Positions 17,028-25,794 of a stretch of 64,000 nt of DNA are shown here, piece by piece. The first letter of the stretch is position 1, and each line of letters opens with the position of its first letter. The position numbers were made by a program, and so were the translations under genes. The stretch comes from Candidatus Poribacteria bacterium (GTDB taxonomy: Bacteria > Poribacteria > WGA-4E > WGA-3G). Below the pieces are notes generated by a model. That model ran no database searches. It worked only from the letters and a program-made list of their open reading frames with translations, and was not told the origin of the DNA. The stretch is taken from contig CBDANF010000003.1 of assembly GCA_965197475.1 (NCBI GenBank), forward strand, positions 320,001 through 384,000. Direction: 5' to 3'.

Positions 17028-18383
17028 ATGAAAAGACGAATGATTTTAACAACGCTGCTTTTTCTTATAATTGTCATTGGTTTTTCTGTTTACCTGAATA
17101 ATAGAAAGACAGGACAACAGTCTATCACGGAGCAGCTTTCTACGTTCAAGCAGCATGAACACATCGCACCAGATGGCACTGTCGTGAAACATCAACACAC
17201 TTACGAGGTTCCCGAACTATCCGAAGGTGTTGTGAAACCGAAACCGGTTTCCGAGTCAAGGCATCCCATCCAGCGCGCATGGGAAGCACTTGACCTCGCA
17301 GCAATTAAAAGGAAATATCAACCTTACACCGTCGCTGAAATGCAGGAAATGTGGTCGCAATCTTATATGACCAACTTTGGTCCAAATTACCCACATGAAC
17401 TTGATGAGGCATATCCACAAGAGGAATGGCTTCAACACAATTTGGAATTAGGGCAACATTTCGCAGATTTTACGGACTATGAAACAACGTTGGAGCGGCG
17501 ATATATGATGGTAGATCATCGGGACAAGTGGAAAGTTAAGGACGAAGTAGGCAGAGAGGAAATGCGTGGATACCTTGATTTGCCGTCCTACGTAGACACC
17601 TGGGAAGAGTATGAGGATGCATTCCTTAAGACACTTATCACCTCTTATCACACGTTTGTAGTGGCAACAGAGTCGGATCCTGATATTGAAGGTGGCACTG
17701 TCGGCACCGATGGCACCCTCATCCCGTTCAAGAAGAACACTGTGTATGTCCATGTTAATATAGAAAAAGGTTTTTCAACGTTCACGGGAACAGAGTTAAC
17801 CAACGACGAAGAAAATACGTTAACAATGTATGGTGTTGTCCCTGAAGGGCTAACAGTTATCTATACAGATGAGGGAGGAAAACCTTTATCATCGGATACT
17901 CCTCCGCCTACTTTCCATGCGCGGCGTATGAAGGAATTGGAACAAGCACAAACATATCTGCAACAGCAAATAACAGATCATGAAGTATTGTTAGAACTTG
18001 ATGCTATTCTCAATCCACAGGAAAAAGGAGCAGGCACTACTTCTGTACCGCATGAACATGAACATGAGCAGGAGCATGACCACACACACGAGACACTGCA
18101 ACCTCCTGATAAGGTAACGCCACAGCAGTCTAATGCAAAGCAGCCCCTGCCGCATCTGAAGATACCACCGGAACTACGCACGCCAGAAGCGATCAATCAA
18201 TGGTTTACCGAATTAGAGGTACTGCACGGTGGGCAATTGCCGAAAGATTTGCAGGCACTCCGGGAAGTTATCACTGAATTGGAGAAAATAAGACAGGAAG
18301 GTGAAGCGAAGTTGAAACCGCCACAACCGCCAGAACGTCCGGCACCGCCAGAAGGAAATTCCCCTCCTGATAAGACAGACTAA
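17028..18383 (+). CDS. Membrane-anchored hypothetical protein with His-rich and Pro-rich segments
   Basis: GGAGG RBS; N-terminal TM; HEHEHEQEHDHTHE; PPQPPERPAPP tail; domain shared with the next gene. Confidence 0.85.
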   Translation: MKRRMILTTLLFLIIVIGFSVYLNNRKTGQQSITEQLSTFKQHEHIAPDGTVVKHQHTYEVPELSEGVVKPKPVSESRHPIQRAWEALDLAAIKRKYQPYTVAEMQEMWSQSYMTNFGPNYPHELDEAYPQEEWLQHNLELGQHFADFTDYETTLERRYMMVDHRDKWKVKDEVGREEMRGYLDLPSYVDTWEEYEDAFLKTLITSYHTFVVATESDPDIEGGTVGTDGTLIPFKKNTVYVHVNIEKGFSTFTGTELTNDEENTLTMYGVVPEGLTVIYTDEGGKPLSSDTPPPTFHARRMKELEQAQTYLQQQITDHEVLLELDAILNPQEKGAGTTSVPHEHEHEQEHDHTHETLQPPDKVTPQQSNAKQPLPHLKIPPELRTPEAINQWFTELEVLHGGQLPKDLQALREVITELEKIRQEGEAKLKPPQPPERPAPPEGNSPPDKTD

Positions 18384-18420
18384 GGGTTACCGCTTGAAGA
18401 TTCAAGCACGTGAAAACGCC

Positions 18421-19017
18421 ATGAAAAATCGAATAATTCGGGTAGTCATAGTCCTTTTCATGCTTGTTATCGTGGGCATCGTCTATCTCAGTGCTCAGAA
18501 GACAGATACGCCATCGTTGATAGACATTACTGAACAAGAACGCAACCATGAATTACGAAGTGTGAAAAAGTTTGCATGGTTTAAACATTGGGACCAACTT
18601 GACCTTGCCATTGTCAAAAGATATTATCAACGATACACCGTCGCTGAGATGCGGATAATATGGGATGAAAAAATGCATGCCAAGTCCGGTAACTTTGAAG
18701 GGAGAGAACATGCAGATGCTGTCTATCCTTGGGATACCTATCTTACGCGCCTGCTTGAATTGGGGTACCCTTTTGTTGACTTCTCAGACTATGAGAACGC
18801 CTTATATACGCGGATGTGTATACTAATTCCGACACGAACCTACTGGCATACCATCAATATATCTGCAAAAGGTGAGTATCTCAAGGTCCGCGGGTTGTCC
18901 GCTGATACAACCTGGACAACGTATGAGGAGTCATTGATAAAAAAGATCGTTGTCTGTCGTATCAATTGGTGGCGTTCAGGCGGTATAGATCCTTTTTCAG
19001 AGTGGGAATCACAGTAA
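18421..19017 (+). CDS. Membrane-anchored hypothetical protein, partial paralog of 17028..18383
   Basis: W..LDLA..KR.YQ.YTVAEM...W, YP, LELG..F.DF.DYE..L..R are shared with the upstream gene. Confidence 0.8.
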   Translation: MKNRIIRVVIVLFMLVIVGIVYLSAQKTDTPSLIDITEQERNHELRSVKKFAWFKHWDQLDLAIVKRYYQRYTVAEMRIIWDEKMHAKSGNFEGREHADAVYPWDTYLTRLLELGYPFVDFSDYENALYTRMCILIPTRTYWHTINISAKGEYLKVRGLSADTTWTTYEESLIKKIVVCRINWWRSGGIDPFSEWESQ

Positions 19018-19044
19018 TGTTTGTTCTCAGTCGGGAATAGGAAT

Positions 19045-19148
19045 TCCCTCCTACGGTAGGAGCGACCGTACTCCCTCCTACGGTAGGAACGATCTCTTGA
19101 TCGCGACCTTACTCCCTCCTGCTGTAGGAGCGATCTCCTGATCGCAAC
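19045..19148. repeat. Cluster of REP-like units (tccctcctacggtagga..cga)
   Basis: Units start at 19045, 19072 and 19113; internal cgatc..gatcg palindromes. Confidence 0.75.
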
Positions 19149-19220
19149 CGGACTCACAAATTTGGGACACAGCACTCTTTACTTGTGGAGGCGGTTACAA
19201 CGAAAATAAAGTCAGTAAAA

Positions 19221-19973
19221 ATGAAACATTCGTTAGCATTTATCGTTATCCTTGCAATCAGTTTCGGAATAACTCTGTTTCTTGTCCTTGGTCGTGGACG
19301 CGGTTCTGATGCACTAAACACATCTAAGACTTCTACACATCAAACAGGGGTTATTATAAACAACACTGTAACGCAGGAACGCAACCTCCCAAAACAGAGT
19401 CCCATCCAGAAGGGTGACGATAAGGTTCTTGTTTCTAACAATGAAGAAGACTTCTACCGCACCATTATTGAAAATAACATATTTCGACCACTTAACTGGA
19501 AACCGACACGACAAGACCCGGCGTATATATTGATCGGCACTCTCGTACCTTCAGATGATAGTACTGCTACCGCATACATTAGTGAACGGAAGACAGATCA
19601 GTTTTACACCGTAAAGGTTGGTGAAAAAATAGGTAATGCTACTGTTACAGCGATTCTCCCAAAGCATGTCACGTTGGACAAAGAAGGCAAGGCGTTAAAC
19701 CTCTATATGGCATCTGCCTCACTTCTAAGCCGAACCCGTAGTGGCAGAAGTTCATCCTACCGCCCATCACCTCAGCCACAAGTCACATCCCAGAATCGCA
19801 ATTCGCAAACACGCAGCACAACGGACAAAGAACGCCAAGCGTGGCGAGATACACAAAAAGAACGGATAGCAGAATTGAAAGAGATGGCAGAAAAGCTCCG
19901 CGCCGTTTCAGAGGAAGAACGCAGCCGAATGCAGGAACATCTTGAACAACGTGCAAGCAGAAACTCCCAATAA
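19221..19973 (+). CDS. GspC/PilP-like (T2SS HR-domain-like) membrane-anchored protein with coiled C-terminus
   Basis: N-terminal TM; NIFRP...LIGTL......AYI......YTVKVGEKIG.A.V..I....VTL..EG....L resembles the GspC HR domain; charged helical tail. Confidence 0.6.
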   Translation: MKHSLAFIVILAISFGITLFLVLGRGRGSDALNTSKTSTHQTGVIINNTVTQERNLPKQSPIQKGDDKVLVSNNEEDFYRTIIENNIFRPLNWKPTRQDPAYILIGTLVPSDDSTATAYISERKTDQFYTVKVGEKIGNATVTAILPKHVTLDKEGKALNLYMASASLLSRTRSGRSSSYRPSPQPQVTSQNRNSQTRSTTDKERQAWRDTQKERIAELKEMAEKLRAVSEEERSRMQEHLEQRASRNSQ

Positions 19974-19995
19974 GACTAACGTGAAAACTTATCAA

Positions 19996-22455
19996 ATGAA
20001 CCACTCCTTACTGCCCCGTATCGGTGCATCACTCATACTCCTCACGCTTTTATTTTTATCGTTTTGGATTCGGGTACAAGGTGTAGAACGTATTCCGGAT
20101 GGGCAGTTTAGTGCTAACGATGCCTACCTTTATTATTGGAATGCACAAAGAATTGCTGAACTCGGATATCTCCCTGCTATTGACGAACACCGATGGCTGC
20201 CTCAAGGTAGAGACGTAAGCCAAACGCTTGCCTTTTACTCCTACGTGCTCGCTTACACGCATAGAGTAACAAAGTTATTCTTTTACAAGGTCTCCCTCTA
20301 CCACATCCAACTTTATGCCCCCGCTGTTTGTTTCACACTTGCCCTTGGAATTTTAGCACTTTTTCTTACCCGCACAGTCGGATTTCTATTTGCTTTCATT
20401 GTCACCGTGCTGCTGGCAACGTTGCCGGGCTGTGTGGATAGAAGTGCCGCGGGCTTTAGTGATAGAGACGCGTGGTGTTGGTTGTTAGGCACTCTCGCTG
20501 TCGTTTCCTACCTATGGAAAGAGCAGATACCTTTAAATCCCCCTGACAAAGGGGGTTGCGTCCCTGTCAAAGAAGGAAAAGGGCTAAAAAATTGGCGTAG
20601 GTACACTGCTACCGGACTCTGCGGGTTTATTGTTTTTTTAGGTGGACTCTCTTGGGAAGGGTTCGGTGTATTTCTTTTAGTTATCCTCTTTATAGAACTT
20701 TGGAAGTTCTGCACCTCCGACACAGAAGAGCATCTGCTTGAGTATGCAATATGGGTGGCAATGTTCGTGCCGTGGCTTTATCTCACTTCACCTGCATATC
20801 GGGGCGGTCAGGTTTTCACTACACATCTCACTGCCCTTGTGTTGGTGCCACCGCTTGTCGTCCTTGGACTTCAAGGGGTAAGATATATCCTGCTTCATTT
20901 CTTTAAACCGCTCCAAATCCATGCCAGAAAAATAGCAGGACTCCTAACACTTCTTGCGATTGTGGGCGCGGGATTCTACGTTTTTTCCCAAGTTGGGACC
21001 TTTGCGAGTACCACGGTCCCGTTTAGTGAAAACCGATTGATGCAGCAGACAACCGAATTAGAAAACCCAAGTTTTATGTATTGGGTGTCTCGATATGGGG
21101 GTGTGTTTGTGTTGGGCAGCATTGGCTTAGTAGGCACATGCTTTCATTTGTGGAAATGGGAAGGGGTTCCTTTGGCAGTCTCCCTTTCCTTATTTGCACT
21201 CACAACCTTCTTGCGAGGTCCTCTCATCGGTTTCATAAGTGCCTCTCTATGTGATGCGTTGTTTCTCGCTGCGTTAGGACTTGCTATCATCGGCATCGGA
21301 TTCGCATGTTTCCGAAAAGAAGTAGGACAAAATGAACGTGCCTTCATCGCAACTGTAGCGTGGTTCATCTTATGGGTAGGTTTGTCGAAAAGTGCAGTAC
21401 GTTATGACTTCTTTATCGGAATCCCACTGGCAATTGGAACAGCATCTATTTTGGCACGTTCACCTACGTCTGGCAAACCCGTTCACATTAGTGGTAGAGA
21501 CATTCACCCTAAATTAGTAACCGCGGCGTTTGCAGTCGGCATGTTGGTACTTCTTCTATTTTGGGCACCTGTTGGTGGCTATGCCAATAGAGCAATCCGA
21601 GTTGCCAGTGAACGTCCACCGGTACCTGGACACAGCAGTTTGCTTCAGGCATACACTTGGATGAAAACCGAACTCCGCGCAGATACAACGGTGATGGCTG
21701 CAAACTGGGGGTACGGCAGCCAACTTAACGTCCTTGGCAGTGTAAAAACTATTGTTGACCAAGACCATTTTATACAGCACTGGATACATCTCTACTACCG
21801 ACACGTTTATTGTGCCCAATCTGAACAAGAAGCTTTAGAATTCCTCAAAACACACCACGCAACACATCTGATGATCACAGCTTCTGATCTAACCATCAAC
21901 GCAGGTGGGATGTCATACGTCGGCAGCGATGCTGATTTAGACAGACACTTCGACTTTTACGCACTTGATGCAATGCCCACCGCACCCGGAACACAATACA
22001 CTCTTGCACCGAAAATATATCAAAGACCTCCGCGTTTCATGCCACAAACCACATTAGATACCATTGACATCCGCGGCACCGAAATTGAAAACTTATCCGT
22101 AACCGCACGGTTCAAAACAGGCGATATATCACACATCCCTTATGTCGCTTATGTCGGCAACCAGCGGATCACACCAAAAGAAAAAACGGATACAGAAAAC
22201 GGCAGTCTTGTTATACTCTTCGACGTACAAAAGAAACTTCTATACAGTTTTTACCTTCCAGCCATCGGATGGAACAGTCTTGCAGTCAAATTGTTCATAC
22301 GTGGCGAACACACGGAGGCATTTGTAAACGTTCACACTATTACCCCAAAAGGTATAGATATTCCTCCGGAAGTCAAAATATGGAAAATCAACTATCCACC
22401 TGACATCAAAAAGAACCAGAAATATCTTGAAACAGAACCACCCGAAGGTTATTGA
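19996..22455 (+). CDS. STT3/AglB-like oligosaccharyltransferase with variant NWGYG motif
   Basis: ANDAY, RSAAGFSDRD, SWEG, TTELE, VRY, NWGYG (21703-21717), EALEFLKTH..THL.IT; collinear with 2883..5807. Confidence 0.85.
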   Translation: MNHSLLPRIGASLILLTLLFLSFWIRVQGVERIPDGQFSANDAYLYYWNAQRIAELGYLPAIDEHRWLPQGRDVSQTLAFYSYVLAYTHRVTKLFFYKVSLYHIQLYAPAVCFTLALGILALFLTRTVGFLFAFIVTVLLATLPGCVDRSAAGFSDRDAWCWLLGTLAVVSYLWKEQIPLNPPDKGGCVPVKEGKGLKNWRRYTATGLCGFIVFLGGLSWEGFGVFLLVILFIELWKFCTSDTEEHLLEYAIWVAMFVPWLYLTSPAYRGGQVFTTHLTALVLVPPLVVLGLQGVRYILLHFFKPLQIHARKIAGLLTLLAIVGAGFYVFSQVGTFASTTVPFSENRLMQQTTELENPSFMYWVSRYGGVFVLGSIGLVGTCFHLWKWEGVPLAVSLSLFALTTFLRGPLIGFISASLCDALFLAALGLAIIGIGFACFRKEVGQNERAFIATVAWFILWVGLSKSAVRYDFFIGIPLAIGTASILARSPTSGKPVHISGRDIHPKLVTAAFAVGMLVLLLFWAPVGGYANRAIRVASERPPVPGHSSLLQAYTWMKTELRADTTVMAANWGYGSQLNVLGSVKTIVDQDHFIQHWIHLYYRHVYCAQSEQEALEFLKTHHATHLMITASDLTINAGGMSYVGSDADLDRHFDFYALDAMPTAPGTQYTLAPKIYQRPPRFMPQTTLDTIDIRGTEIENLSVTARFKTGDISHIPYVAYVGNQRITPKEKTDTENGSLVILFDVQKKLLYSFYLPAIGWNSLAVKLFIRGEHTEAFVNVHTITPKGIDIPPEVKIWKINYPPDIKKNQKYLETEPPEGY

Positions 22456-22549
22456 GTATCTCATTATACCACACGGATGCTCCTTTGACACACAATCTTA
22501 TTTCTTATGTCGGACTCACGATATTGTGAATACATATCGCAAACATATT

Positions 22550-23278
22550 TTACGAATCGCTACAAATCGCATCAGCGCGTAGTATTTCATAATACGGCAA
22601 ACACTCCGATAAAATACTTTCCAACGTTTTAGGAAAAGGTTCACGTTTCGGTTGATATGGCGCAAAACCTTCGCTCCGATGTACATTATGATACCAATGC
22701 AGTGCCCAAACACCATCCGAGGGATGTCCACCGAGCGGCCATGACAACATTGATTCCTCAAACGGAAGTCCTAACCGAGAACAGAGTATTGATAATACGT
22801 TTTTTGGTGCAAGCAACAATTCCCGCGCACCCAAGATAGGGGGCGATTGTCCCATCTCTCGTAATTCCATCAACAATTCAGCTTGTATCTTTAAGCCTGT
22901 GTCGTTCAAAGTCGGAATCCCAATGACTTTCGTTAAAGAGGGAAGCATCTCCTTCGGATCGCGGATCAACAAGATATTGACTGTTTTCTGCATAAATGAT
23001 CTGTCAATATCAACGAGGTGGTGTGCCATCTGCTTCATAAAGAGGACAGGTTTCGCACAGGGACCGAGGATTACGTCACGGATGACCGCAGCACCGTCAG
23101 CCTGCATAGATGCCATAACATCTTTTCGACCAGGATGTACTGCACCTGTGACGTGAAGGTAGTGCGCATACAGCGGTTCATCAACGATTACGGTATCGTT
23201 CCGTTGCCCGAAAGCATACATTAATGCTGTTGAAATATTCCGTGGTCCTGACCAGAGACAGATTCGTTGGAGTTGCAT
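22550..23278 (-). CDS. Sulfotransferase-like P-loop protein (WSGPRN family)
   Basis: WSGPRNISTALMYAF, DEPLY, KQMAHH, LLIRDP, W..HWY..V..S.GF; GAGG RBS. Confidence 0.85.
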   Translation of the reverse strand: MQLQRICLWSGPRNISTALMYAFGQRNDTVIVDEPLYAHYLHVTGAVHPGRKDVMASMQADGAAVIRDVILGPCAKPVLFMKQMAHHLVDIDRSFMQKTVNILLIRDPKEMLPSLTKVIGIPTLNDTGLKIQAELLMELREMGQSPPILGARELLLAPKNVLSILCSRLGLPFEESMLSWPLGGHPSDGVWALHWYHNVHRSEGFAPYQPKREPFPKTLESILSECLPYYEILRADAICSDS

Positions 23279-23334
23279 CTAAATTCCTCACTTGTATAAT
23301 ATATCGTTTTACATTTAGATGTCAAGTGTTTGAG

Positions 23335-23498
23335 GGGTGTGTAAAGTTTTTGGCATTAACCATTCCCTTTCTCTTGTAGGAGGGTTTTCAACCCTGATTT
23401 CCAATATATCAAGCGCGCATTTGCCATTGATTTGACACCAAGTTTCCCAAAATCCGCATAATCCGCGATTCAGAAATTGACAAAAACTTTACACACCC
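23335..23498. mobile_element. MITE-like element (TIR GGGTGTGTAAAGTTTTTG) with an internal REP-like hairpin
   Basis: Perfect 18-bp TIR at 23335-23352 and 23481-23498. Internal gtaggagggttttcaaccctgat at ~23377. Related element at 42578-42710. No clear TSD. Confidence 0.65.
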
Positions 23499-23772
23499 TC
23501 GCTTTCCTTTATTGTTGCGCGGGTCTGGAATTTCTGCTAACATCTCAAGTAAGTGGCAAAAGGATTTTCTTGTCATACTTCACCTCAAAATAGTTTGGTT
23601 TTTAAGGTGAAGTATAGCAGAAGGCGCATGAAAAGTCACGCGCCTTCTGTCGAAAACTGCCAGTTTACATGCTTTGTCTCCGCATGCGATGTGCTGCCTA
23701 TGTTGTCGCCTCATAAAAATAACGTTCTCATTTTATCATCCTTAGCACTAATAGGACAAGAAGAAAATAACC

Positions 23773-24250
23773 TACACTAATCACAACATGGCAGCGCACA
23801 GGAACCTTGCCCTACGAATTTAGTGTTGCTATTAAAAAGAGACACCCAACTTAACACTACGTTCAGGATGGTTGTCCATTTCAATGTAAGCCTCAACCGA
23901 ATCTTCAAATGGAATAATTGGGTCAACGATGTCTTCACAGTCAAATCTACCTTCTGCAAGCCATTTCCAGCAGGTGTCTACGATACGTCTAAAATTCCAA
24001 CGCGGATGGTCGCTGTTTGGATCGCTGTTTGCACGTGCAAAGATGAGGTTCGGAATGTTGAAATGTGCTATAGCACCCAGGTCCAGTCCGCCTTTGCATT
24101 CCTTTGCCCAACCTGCAACAACAACCGTGCCTTCAAATGCCACACTCCGAATTGCATCGTCAAGTGCGTTGTAATTCGCGCTCTTTTCAATTGCAACATC
24201 AAGTTCGAGTCCACCTGTGGCTTCCTTAAGCACTTCACCGACATTACATG
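23773..24250 (-). pseudogene. Duplicated 3' fragment and downstream flank of the Zn-binding dehydrogenase gene at 28949..29920
   Basis: Direct repeat of 28891..29367; the encoded C-terminal ~135 aa are nearly identical, but the N-terminal ~190 aa are missing. Confidence 0.85.
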
Positions 24251-24445
24251 AAAAACGCTTTCTTGCGGTTTTTCAGGGGTAACCGTTTTTTGACTCTGTT
24301 CAAGGACACTCAAGCCGCACCCCGTGTTAATAACGATGGTTAGCGTTACAATAACAAAAGCAAAACTCAATTTAGCAAAACTCTTCGCACTGTTTTTTCT
24401 CCTTGTAATGATTCTCAATGATATTATGCCCACTCTACTGTTCAC
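24251..24445 (-). pseudogene. 5' remnant of a probable lipoprotein gene, fused out of frame to the dehydrogenase fragment
   Basis: MNSRVG...FAFVIVTLTIVINTGC (basic, hydrophobic, Cys) runs into the repeat boundary at ~24250. Confidence 0.4.
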
Positions 24446-24459
24446 ACAATTGGATCCGT

Positions 24460-24593
24460 TTTATAGTAAACCCATATTATTTATATGCTGCGGTAGATGC
24501 GGTTTCCTAACCGCATCTACCGAGTCTGGTAAATGGTGCGGTTAAGAAACCGCACCAGGGGTGTGTCCACATATTTTTAGATTTTACTATAAA
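24460..24593. mobile_element. MITE-like element with short TIR enclosing an inverted REP-like doublet
   Basis: tttatagtaaa ... tttactataaa ends; cggtagatgcggtttcctaaccgcatctaccg (24491-24522) and tggtgcggttaagaaaccgcacca (24534-24557). Confidence 0.55.
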
Positions 24594-24828
24594 CGGGCGA
24601 GGTTACAAACCTTACGAGTAAAACTATGGATTTTATTATTTGCTATTATCAGTATATGCACAATTTTTGTGCCAATGCCAATACGCTAAATATGTTGATG
24701 AGTCTGGTATTTCAACGTTTGAATTGCCCGAAAAGGTGCAATAGGGAGATGACTGCACGATTTTGTGCAGAAGCAGATGGTAAAATTCAAGGGATTATGG
24801 GACAGCAGGGGTTGTGTCCCATAAAAGT

Positions 24829-25773
24829 TTATCGGATGGCAATTGGATTACCGGGTGAGCCACTTGCACCTTTAAGACGCAGCGGCGCAAAACTGAAGGC
24901 GAATTCATAAACCTTGTCCGCCGCTAATTCCTCTGTGATAATGTTCTCAAGGTTATAAATGCCGTGTTTGACAATAAACAGTTGATGCACCGGAAACGCA
25001 AGGGATTCATCCGGATTCGGGACCACCTCAATTCCCCAATTATCACAACACGCCATCACAATTTTCTGATCAACGAGGTATTGTCCCGCTTCCAATCCGA
25101 TGCCGGGTTCTGTCTTGCTGTAGCGATCATTATCTGTCATCCAGAATTTTCCCCAACCAGTGTGGATAACCACAACATCACCTGGTGTGATCTCAACGTT
25201 CTGCTTTTTCAGCGCGCCCTCTAAATCAGCACGTGTAATTTCATAACTATCATCAAGGACTTCAACGTCTTTATAACTAGCAACATCAATCAGCACGCCG
25301 CGGGTGACGATTTGTCCGATCTCACCGCTGAAGATCTCCTCAAACCATGTCGTTTTGTTTTCACCGAGTGGACCGGATATTTTTGGAATCCGCAAGCTAT
25401 AATGCCGTGTGCCGAAGACAGGCATACCGCTTTCGTAAACTCTGCCGAGTTGATAAACCTCGCCAGTTTTAATTAAGGTTGCCGCTTCTAACACTTTTTG
25501 CTGTGTTAATCGGTTTGCAGCACCACGACGGTCATCTGCACCCCATTCGGACGGAAACGATGACTCCGGTGGTTTCGGGTCATTTTCAAGTTTGACGATA
25601 GACTTCCACACCTTAGGTTTCAGTGGTCGTGGTGATTGCTCAGATTGAAACGCTTCAGCTTGCGGTAAACGTCCGGCGTTTATGAACTGATCGGTTAGCG
25701 TATATGTTACTATTAGGATAATCAATCCCAATATAACTATAAACAGCACGAGGTGTTTCGGTTTATTAAACAT
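24829..25773 (-). CDS. Exported cyclase-family (kynurenine formamidase-like) protein with an apparent internal in-frame deletion
   Basis: WGADD.RGAAN, VTRGVLIDV, PGDVV.IHTGW, EPG, DNW..E, PVHQ, ENI, PL..KGASGSP.NPIA. The metal-binding GT.xD...H segment is absent. Confidence 0.8.
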   Translation of the reverse strand: MFNKPKHLVLFIVILGLIILIVTYTLTDQFINAGRLPQAEAFQSEQSPRPLKPKVWKSIVKLENDPKPPESSFPSEWGADDRRGAANRLTQQKVLEAATLIKTGEVYQLGRVYESGMPVFGTRHYSLRIPKISGPLGENKTTWFEEIFSGEIGQIVTRGVLIDVASYKDVEVLDDSYEITRADLEGALKKQNVEITPGDVVVIHTGWGKFWMTDNDRYSKTEPGIGLEAGQYLVDQKIVMACCDNWGIEVVPNPDESLAFPVHQLFIVKHGIYNLENIITEELAADKVYEFAFSFAPLRLKGASGSPGNPIAIR

Positions 25774-25794
25774 TGTGTTGTCTCCTTATCAAAT

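Noticed and set aside
19045-19148. Possible CRISPR array
   Set aside because: Only three degenerate units, irregular short spacing, non-unique spacers and no cas genes.
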